In this document: positions 57,707 through 64,000 of the stretch, one piece after another
Position numbering within the stretch: the first letter of the stretch is position 1
Layout: every line of letters starts with the position of its first letter
From: a bacterium
Lineage (GTDB): Bacteria > SAR324 > NAC60-12
Direction of reading: 5' to 3'
Assembly (NCBI GenBank): GCA_965233585.1
Contig: CBDDTI010000746.1
Coordinates: 121,905 to 185,904 of the forward strand
Length of the DNA: 64,000 bases
Notes under the pieces: model-generated
Told to the model about the DNA's origin: nothing
Seen by the model: the letters and a program-made list of their open reading frames with translations, nothing else
Databases searched by the model: none
Position numbers and translations under genes: made by a program

Positions 57707-59069
57707 TCTCTGTTTTCAGTTTGTGTGATGCCCATTCTAAAACGCTGTCCAATGATGGAAAATGTCCTTCTAGTTGTAGTTGAAAGCTTTCCCGAATCAA
57801 TGCCCCCATAGCAGGACCAGGTGCCATGCCTAAGGCGATTAAATGCCTTCCTAAAAGCATAGGAGTAAACCCTTTTTTAGGAACTGACAACGTCTTGAAT
57901 TGGCGTCTTAACCAATCCCCTGCTGGAAAGGAACGATACATGGCATCAATCGTCGTGCGTCCAAAATGGTCTGCTTGTGCAAGCCTTAACAAATTGGGAA
58001 TGTCCACACGCAATGAAAGTCTGCGGATTGCAGAGTCTTTGATGACATGCCTTTGCTGATATAGCATAGCAGGTTGCAAATGTTCTTTGACAAAAATTTT
58101 GACGTTTTCAATGAGTTCTTTCTCATCTGTCAGCTTTCTCAAAAAAAGTTCAGTTGGTTTCATACCTAGAACATCATGTGCAGGGCTTCGCCATCTGCCA
58201 TCTTTAAAAACAGTGGTGACAGGCTTGCCAAAATCATGACACAAGGCACTGAACATCAGTTGTAAATCTTGTTTGGGGTTGCCATCACGCAATCTTGCCG
58301 CCTCGTCTATCACCATGAGTGTATGAATCCAAACATCACCTTCAGGGTGCCATTGAGGGTCTTGAGGTGTCCCAATCAATGCACCAAGCTCGTCAAAATG
58401 CTCTAAAATCCCAAGTTCATTGGCATATTGAAGACCCAGCGAAGGCTTTCTTGCAAGCAAGAATAATTTTTTAAATTCTTCAAACAAACGTTCTTTGGAA
58501 AGTTCAGCAATTTCAAGATTTCTGCAGACTGCCAGTGTTTCAGAGTCAATACGAAATTCAAAACGTCCTGCAAATTGCATCGCACGGAGTACTCGCAAGG
58601 GGTCTTCGCCAAAAGCATCAGAAATATGCTTGAGTTGTTTTTTTTGAATCGCTGTGCGTCCGTCAAAGGGGTCATGCCATTCCTCTTTGGTGGGGTCATA
58701 CCCAATGGCATTGATTGTAAAATCTCTTCTTGCTGCCGCTTCTTCAAAGGTAAAGGAAGAGTTCAGCTCTACCTCAAAAGCACGATGTCCCCTGCCAAGT
58801 TTTCTCTCTTTACGAGGCAACGAAAAATCATACTCCCTTTCTTGTGTGAAAAGTTTAAACACTCCAAAAGACTTGCCAACTTCTATGACTTGACCAAAGC
58901 GACCTAACAAAGTTTGCAAACGTTCAGCGTCAATCCCGTAGCACTCAATATCAAAATCTCCGCTTGATGACCTTCCCAAAATAAAATCACGTGTTGAACC
59001 ACCGACAAGAATCATCTTGTGAGGTTTCGCACTTTGCATGATTGCCATCAACTCTTGTGGAATATCCAT
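57681..59069 (-). CDS. cca: Class II tRNA nucleotidyltransferase with an HD domain (CCA-adding enzyme)
   Basis: The N-terminal polymerase-beta-like NT domain is LVGGSTRDFILGR...DFDIE. The HD motif is LCHDFGKP. 462 aa. Confidence 0.75.
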   Translation of the reverse strand: MDIPQELMAIMQSAKPHKMILVGGSTRDFILGRSSSGDFDIECYGIDAERLQTLLGRFGQVIEVGKSFGVFKLFTQEREYDFSLPRKERKLGRGHRAFEVELNSSFTFEEAAARRDFTINAIGYDPTKEEWHDPFDGRTAIQKKQLKHISDAFGEDPLRVLRAMQFAGRFEFRIDSETLAVCRNLEIAELSKERLFEEFKKLFLLARKPSLGLQYANELGILEHFDELGALIGTPQDPQWHPEGDVWIHTLMVIDEAARLRDGNPKQDLQLMFSALCHDFGKPVTTVFKDGRWRSPAHDVLGMKPTELFLRKLTDEKELIENVKIFVKEHLQPAMLYQQRHVIKDSAIRRLSLRVDIPNLLRLAQADHFGRTTIDAMYRSFPAGDWLRRQFKTLSVPKKGFTPMLLGRHLIALGMAPGPAMGALIRESFQLQLEGHFPSLDSVLEWASHKLKTENGTENHCL

Positions 59070-59409
59070 TTTTGCAAAAACTGTGATTGGAGTGACTTAA
59101 AACGTCTTCACAGATTCATCATCTCTGCTTAGACTGCTTTGAACCTGAAAGGTAGAGGTTAAAAAGGATAGAGGACAAAAGTGCTTTGGCTTCAGCAAAA
59201 ATGTTCTCTTCTTGACCTTGGAAAACGGGAGTAGAAACGGCTGTCTCTGTTTCTGCTTGATTGCTAAGGACGTTGTTGATATATTTCATAACTCTAGCAC
59301 TTTTTTGCTCATTGCTTGCTTTATTTCTTTCAAAAGCAAGGCATCTAGTCTAGCAGATTTTTGAGAAAAAGAAGGAGAAGCAACAAGTTTTCTGTCATTA
59401 ATAAAATTC

Positions 59410-60111
59410 ATGGATTCCAAAAAAGTCAATCAGCTGTGTGAAAAGCTGGGGTATCAGTTTGAAAATGCGCAACTCTTGGAACAAGCGATGACTCACACTT
59501 CTTACTGTTCAGGAGTGGCATCAACCCCATACCACAATGAAAGACTTGAGTTTTTAGGAGATGCCTTGCTTGAACTAGCGATTAGCGAACACTTAATGAA
59601 TGCTTACCCTCATCTGCGAGAAGGGACTTTGAGCCAAATGCGGGCAAAACTGGTCAACACAGAAAGCCTCAGTCAACTTTCAAACAAGCTAGGACTTCAT
59701 CTTTTGCTTCAATTAGGAAGGAGTGAAGAAAAATCTGGAGGCAGGAAGAAGCAGTCTATTTTAGCAGATGCCTTTGAGGCACTGATGGCGGCAGTTTATT
59801 TGGACGCCAAGCTAGACTTTGGAGTAATACGTCAGTTGTCAAAACACTTGTTTCAGGAACAAATCCAGCAATTACAGCACGTCTCTTCTCTGGACTTCAA
59901 GGGGCATTTACAGCAATACACCCAAGCCGAATTTCAAACTTTGCCTGTTTACCAGACCGTGAAGGAATCAGGTGCAGACCATGACAAACTTTTTGAAGTA
60001 GTGGTCTTAATCAATGACACCGAACATGGCAAAGGGAGTGGCAAAAGTAGAAAACAAGCAGAATTGTCTGCCGCACAATCTGCACTTGCTCAACTTCGGT
60101 TGTCAACCTGA
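59410..60111 (+). CDS. rnc: Ribonuclease III
   Basis: ERLEFLGDALLELAISEHL is the RNase III signature. There is a C-terminal dsRBD. Confidence 0.95.
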   Translation: MDSKKVNQLCEKLGYQFENAQLLEQAMTHTSYCSGVASTPYHNERLEFLGDALLELAISEHLMNAYPHLREGTLSQMRAKLVNTESLSQLSNKLGLHLLLQLGRSEEKSGGRKKQSILADAFEALMAAVYLDAKLDFGVIRQLSKHLFQEQIQQLQHVSSLDFKGHLQQYTQAEFQTLPVYQTVKESGADHDKLFEVVVLINDTEHGKGSGKSRKQAELSAAQSALAQLRLST

Positions 60112-60135
60112 CCCCTTCTTTCAAAACACAATTCC

Positions 60136-61131
60136 ATGACGTTTGACTGTTCTCCATCTATTCCAAGAGATTGGATTCTTTCGCTCATCTGTCTTACAAA
60201 CACTTCTCCATGTCTGCAAACAATTTCAGACCTTTGCCAACCCTTCGGCTTACAAATCGTGGCATGTCAAAAATTATCTTCAAATGATAGCCAAAAAAAC
60301 CATAGCACCCAAAATGACACTCAAGAACCTGATGTCTTGGAAGTCTCATTGAAACAACAAGGCTCTTTTTGCAAGCAAGAGTGGATTCATGCCTTACTTC
60401 AAAAGCATCAGCAAGGTTTGTTTGACTTCGCTGTTCAGGCGGCAACCCCCTTTTATCAAAGACCGAGATTGGTCATGTTTGATGTGGATATGACGTTCTT
60501 GCAGTGTGAAGTCATTGATGAACTGGCTTGTTTGTCAGGGGAAGATCACGCAGTGAAAGCCATCACGCATCAGACGATGTTGGGGCATCTTGATTTTAAA
60601 CAGGCACTTGAACAACGTGTCGCACTGCTCAAAGGGATTCAAGTGGGGGCAATGAATCAAATTTGCGAAAACTTACCCTATACGCAGGGGATTCAAGTCT
60701 TAGTTCCAATTCTTAAGACGATGGGTTGTGAAGTGGGCATCGTCAGTGGAGGCTTTGATTTTTTGGCAAATTGCCTGAAAAAAGAATTTGGGTTGCATCA
60801 TGCCTACGCCAACCAACTTGAAATCCAGCAAGGCAGGCTGACAGGCAGACTGCTTGGTCAAATTGTTGATGCTGACCAAAAAGGCAAGATTGTCAAAGCC
60901 ATTGCCGAGCAGCAAGGGCTTTTTCCTGAACAGGTCATCACAGTAGGCGATGGTGCAAACGATTTGCAAATGTTGCAATTTGCAGGTTTAGGAGTGGCGT
61001 TTAATGCAAAACCCGTTGTCAAGGCATCTGCAACGGGAGTCCTTTCTACTCCTGACATCAGCAGACTGCTTTATTTTTTAGGATTCTCAGCGTTTGAACA
61101 ACATCAACTCAAACAAAAACTTGGTCTTTAA
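60136..61131 (+). CDS. serB: Phosphoserine phosphatase SerB (HAD family) with an N-terminal regulatory-like extension
   Basis: LVMFDVDMTFLQCEVIDELA is the DxDxT motif. GDGANDLQML is HAD motif IV. Confidence 0.8.
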   Translation: MTFDCSPSIPRDWILSLICLTNTSPCLQTISDLCQPFGLQIVACQKLSSNDSQKNHSTQNDTQEPDVLEVSLKQQGSFCKQEWIHALLQKHQQGLFDFAVQAATPFYQRPRLVMFDVDMTFLQCEVIDELACLSGEDHAVKAITHQTMLGHLDFKQALEQRVALLKGIQVGAMNQICENLPYTQGIQVLVPILKTMGCEVGIVSGGFDFLANCLKKEFGLHHAYANQLEIQQGRLTGRLLGQIVDADQKGKIVKAIAEQQGLFPEQVITVGDGANDLQMLQFAGLGVAFNAKPVVKASATGVLSTPDISRLLYFLGFSAFEQHQLKQKLGL

Positions 61132-61254
61132 AACTCCCATAATTTTTGACCTTCAGCCTATTCATTTCCCTAGTTTCTTCACTTTCTGATTCCCCCTTTG
61201 GTGAAGGTGTGCTTGCCTTCAGCAAGTAGGGTGTTTTTTTCGTTACCACACAAC

Positions 61255-61455
61255 CGTCATTGAGGGCTTGACCCGCAATCTCTCTTGTCTTTTTCTCACT
61301 TCCCCGTCATTGCTGACCTTGAAAAAAGTCATTGCGGGACCTGACCCGCAATCTCTCTTTTATTTTTTGAGATTCCGCATCAAGTGCGGAATGACTGAGA
61401 GGTTTTGTAGGCGTGTCTTTTCGTCATTGCGGGACCTGACCCGCAATCTCCCTTG
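61255..61455. repeat. Cluster of three full copies and one half copy of a 29-32 bp palindromic REP-like repeat, plus a second small palindrome
   Basis: The copies are at 61255-61286 (degenerate), 61305-61320 (half), 61328-61359 and 61422-61455. The core ATTGCGGG-acctga-CCCGCAAT is a perfect 8-bp inverted repeat. A second palindrome, TTCCGCA-tcaag-TGCGGAA, is at 61373-61391. The spacing is irregular (50-95 bp). Confidence 0.7.
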
Positions 61456-61673
61456 TTTTTTCACAATAACCCTCATCTTTCCTGACCTCCCAATCTGCTC
61501 CTTTTTTCCTTTTTTTGAAAAATCTTCAAAACTTTTTAAAACTTTTTAAATTTTTTTCAAAACCTTTCAAACCCTTATCTTTTCTGACTTCCTGACCTTC
61601 CTCTTTTTCCAAAAAATCTTTAAAATTCCTTAAAAAACTAAAAAATGACCCAAAAATTAAAAACGTTGGCTTG

Positions 61674-61832
61674 TTTTTTTTTTTTGTACGTGCATAATGC
61701 CCGTTTTGGCTTTTCGCAAAACTCTCATCTTGAAAACAAATGAGGTTTTCATTTCAAGAGGGGAGTTTTTCGTGTGACAGCACCCGCAGGGGGTGCTGTT
61801 GTTTTGTTTCATCTCTCATTGGAGTTAATCAA
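61674..61832 (+). promoter_or_regulatory. Conserved promoter and leader of the FN3 lipoprotein gene. T12 tract, extended -10 TGCATAAT (61691-61698), hairpin 1 (61728-61759) and terminator-like hairpin 2 with a T-run (61778-61809) 23 nt before the ATG
   Basis: TCTTGAAA...TTTCAAGA is an 8-bp stem. CAGCACCC-gcagg-GGGTGCTG followed by TTGTTTTGTTT is an 8-bp GC-rich stem with a U-run. The same architecture, with different stem sequences, lies upstream of the paralog at 52413. The SD GGAG lies between hairpin 2 and the ATG. Confidence 0.5.
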
Positions 61833-64000
61833 ATGTTTGCATTTCGTACGATGAAAGTGTTCCCCAAAGCACTTGTTGCCCTCACCGATGCTTTGGCATC
61901 ATTCCTCAAACCTTCTTGCCTTAAAAAATGCTCAATCCTGCTTGGCGCCAGTGTTGTGATTGGCTGCGGTGAAGATGGTGCTGTGTCAGTGTCAGCCAAA
62001 CACACTGCCCAGACCAAGCCAGAGTCAAGCGAGTCTGTGTGTCTGGAGATTCCCCAAGCCCTGACGCAAGGCACAGGCAACCTTGCCGTCTTCAATTCAC
62101 TGGGTCAAGATGTCCTGCTGTCGTATTCCAGCAAGCTGAATACAGATGATGTGCTTGCCGTCATTGGTGCCAAGCAAAAAGGGGTCAAAGTGGACATTTC
62201 CAAAAGGACTTCTTCCATCGTCACCTTGTTCGCCTTCAAGATGCCAGCTGTCCAAGACTACTTTGAAGCAGACTGCGATGATTCCCAAATGCCAACGGCT
62301 TTTATGCAGAGTGGGTTCATTCCATCAGCCAAATCCAGTTTTGTGATAGGCACTAAAGAATCCAAGTCAGACTATGGCATGTTGCTGGTGCGAAACAATC
62401 GTGATGAGAAGGTGTCTATTTTTCAAGGCAGTTCGCAGAATCAGCAAATTGGCGTCATTGCCAGCAAGGAACTGGACTACCGAATCAAGATTCCTGTCGG
62501 TGCTAGACTGCTGATGTTTTACCCACACACAGATTCAGGAGAGATTGACTTCCAAAATCCTGTCCTTGTGAAGAACCTAGTCTTTAACAAAGATGACAAA
62601 AAACGCATCATCATTCCTGAACAACAAGTCTTGAGCGTGGCAAAAATCAACTTTACTAATTCTTCTGACCAAGATGTGATGCTGACCGTGAAGAACAGTG
62701 ATGAGGCGTTGTTTAATGTAGAATGCAGTTGTGCAGATTTTAACAAAAATTCTGTGTCAGCCAAGATGATTCTGGTCAATGGAAAGTATTATGCTGATGA
62801 CTTCTTCTTTTCTGTCATTAGTTTAGACACAGGTCAAACTTTGATTCGGAGTAAGCCTTTTCAGCTGGACAAAAACACGAATGTGAATTTTACATTGAAC
62901 AAGAATTTGACGCTGACGAAGGGCTTGGTCAATGCCGTTGTTGCGAAGAATCAAGAGCCAGAGAAGCCAGAAGACTTGAAAATCAGCCAAGTGACCTCTA
63001 ATAGTTTGCAATTAAGCTGGTCGCCTTCTGCAGACGCTGATGGCGAAGTGACAGGTTACGAAGTCTCTCACAAAACAGGCAATGGAAACTGGCAAGTCGG
63101 CACAGACACCACTCAAACAATCGTCATCGTCTCTGGTTTGCAACCTGCCACTGCCTACACCTTTCGTGTCCGTGCCAAAGATGATGAAAATGCTTGGAGT
63201 GATTATGAAGAAAGCAAACCTGTCCAGACGCTTCCTGCTGCCAACAAACCACCTGAAAAACCCAGCAACATCAGCACCAGCGATGTCACTGCAGACAGCA
63301 TCAAGGTCTCATGGACTGCTGCCACAGATTCTGACGGACAAGTGACAGGCTACGAAATCTCTTACAAAACAGGCAATGGATTCTGGTCAGGCACAAGCAC
63401 GACAGCCAACACGGCATACACCTTTCAATCGCTGCAACCTGCCACCAGCTACACTTTCCGCATTCGTGCCAAAGATGATGACGGAGATTGGAGTCCTTAC
63501 CAGACAAGCACCGCTGTCAGCACTGCACCCAATGCACCAACTTCCCTTGCAGTGTCTGCCAGAAGCCTGACCTTTATGATGACTTTAGGCAACAGCTATG
63601 AATGTTCCAAAGATGCAGGCACCACAAAAACCAACTGCAACAGCCCCTTTAGTTTTGGTGATGATGCCATTGCCAAAGACAAGCTGTGCGTCCGTGTCAA
63701 AGCATCAGGCAACACTCCCGCATCAGACTGGGCTTGCTATGACCAAGACATTGCTCAAAAAACTCCTGCTGTCAGCCAAGCAGTCACTTGGAATTTTGAC
63801 AACGGCAACAAGCCAAATGGCTTAACAGGCAACTGGTCTGTTGTCTCTGGTGGGGCAAACAGCACTTCCAAAAGCCTCAAATCTGCAAACATTGGCAGCA
63901 ATCAACAAACCTGCGTCCAAACCACACGCAATGTCTCAGCAGGAGACGTGGAATTTCAATACAAAGTCAGTTCAGAACAAAATTATGACGAACTCTTCTT
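61833..64000 (+). CDS. Partial CDS (3' end outside window): large surface lipoprotein with two fibronectin type III domains. It is a paralog of the SBBP lipoprotein in its signal peptide and one internal module
   Basis: ATG at 61833. MFAFRTMKVFPKALVALTDALASFLKPSCLKKCSILLGASVVIGCGED is a signal peptide with a VIGC lipobox. The FN3 domains at ~62967-63225 and ~63253-63525 contain LQPATAYTFRVRAKDD and LQPATSYTFRIRAKDD. The module at 63564-63737 (SLTFMMTLGNSYECSKDAGTTKTNCNSPFSFGDDAIAKDKLCVRVKASG) is ~85% nt-identical to 52021-52195. The frame is open to base 64000. The ORF track omits it because there is no stop inside the window. Confidence 0.8.
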   Translation, partial: MFAFRTMKVFPKALVALTDALASFLKPSCLKKCSILLGASVVIGCGEDGAVSVSAKHTAQTKPESSESVCLEIPQALTQGTGNLAVFNSLGQDVLLSYSSKLNTDDVLAVIGAKQKGVKVDISKRTSSIVTLFAFKMPAVQDYFEADCDDSQMPTAFMQSGFIPSAKSSFVIGTKESKSDYGMLLVRNNRDEKVSIFQGSSQNQQIGVIASKELDYRIKIPVGARLLMFYPHTDSGEIDFQNPVLVKNLVFNKDDKKRIIIPEQQVLSVAKINFTNSSDQDVMLTVKNSDEALFNVECSCADFNKNSVSAKMILVNGKYYADDFFFSVISLDTGQTLIRSKPFQLDKNTNVNFTLNKNLTLTKGLVNAVVAKNQEPEKPEDLKISQVTSNSLQLSWSPSADADGEVTGYEVSHKTGNGNWQVGTDTTQTIVIVSGLQPATAYTFRVRAKDDENAWSDYEESKPVQTLPAANKPPEKPSNISTSDVTADSIKVSWTAATDSDGQVTGYEISYKTGNGFWSGTSTTANTAYTFQSLQPATSYTFRIRAKDDDGDWSPYQTSTAVSTAPNAPTSLAVSARSLTFMMTLGNSYECSKDAGTTKTNCNSPFSFGDDAIAKDKLCVRVKASGNTPASDWACYDQDIAQKTPAVSQAVTWNFDNGNKPNGLTGNWSVVSGGANSTSKSLKSANIGSNQQTCVQTTRNVSAGDVEFQYKVSSEQNYDELF

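Noticed and set aside
59118-59291. A 57-codon minus-strand ORF (MKYINNVLSNQAETETAVSTPVFQ...) in the cca-rnc intergenic region.
   Set aside because: There are no motifs, no obvious SD and no way to test conservation here. It is left uncalled.
61255-61455. A possible CRISPR array formed by the ~30-bp palindromic repeats.
   Set aside because: There are only 3.5 copies and the spacing is irregular (50-95 bp). One copy is a half-repeat. A diverged solo copy sits 10 kb away, and there are no cas genes in the window. This behaves like a REP/MITE-type dispersed repeat.
62097-63825. Many short ORFs on both strands between 62.1 and 63.8 kb.
   Set aside because: All lie inside the long open frame of the FN3 lipoprotein gene (61833..>64000), which the ORF track missed because it has no stop in the window.
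1-64000. tRNA, rRNA or tmRNA genes, in particular ssrA near smpB.
   Set aside because: No T-loop-like GGTTCGAATCC-type motifs or rRNA-like stretches were seen in any intergenic gap. No RNA genes are called.

Overview
This is a low-GC bacterial chromosomal segment, probably from a host-associated Gram-negative organism. The evidence for that is a secreted ankyrin-repeat protein, IS1-family elements, several pseudogenes, the Ccm cytochrome c maturation system and MinCDE. 

Layout of the window:
- 1-18.3 kb: a long minus-strand sugar/LPS-type biosynthesis cluster. It starts with an HldE-like kinase/nucleotidyltransferase gene running off the window start. It also holds three tandem copies of a GT-B-like glycosyltransferase gene in different states of decay, one of them split by a complete 768-bp IS1 element with a target-site duplication. 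The rest is three DegT-type aminotransferases, four NAD-dependent epimerase/dehydratase and SDR enzymes, three SAM methyltransferases, a Zn-ADH, and a TPP-dependent E1 alpha/beta pair. Two genes in this cluster carry frameshifts exactly at A7 and A9 homopolymers.
- 18.4-25 kb: a co-directional phoH-minCDE-ccmFGH-GT2 block.
- 25-35.8 kb: an Fe/B12-type ABC importer, a methyltransferase, rdgB, ispH, an HflC-like gene, a hybrid histidine kinase with a degenerate ATPase domain, a PspA-like/SNase fusion and bcp.
- 35.8-38.6 kb: a decayed patch holding an oxidoreductase remnant, an HNH gene, an orphan leuD, a truncated IS1 and an orphan ccmA-like ATPase.
- 38.6-64 kb: the ParB-like/dprA pair, topA translationally coupled to a secreted ankyrin protein, a YdiJ-like FAD/Fe-S dehydrogenase, mrp, ftsH, a BrnTA toxin-antitoxin pair, smpB, cca, rnc and serB.

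The most unusual signal is a family of two paralogous surface lipoproteins, one with SBBP beta-propeller repeats and one with FN3 domains that runs off the window end. They share a near-identical promoter and signal-peptide region, and a ~175-bp internal module that sits at a different position in each gene. Both have 5' leaders with the same two-hairpin, terminator-like architecture, and promoter homopolymer tracts of different length (T10 versus T12). Both are flanked by a dispersed palindromic repeat, GTCATTGCGGGACCTGACCCGCAATCTC. Together these look like a variable-surface-protein system under attenuator or phase-variable control.

The ORF track omits the two genes that run off the window edges.
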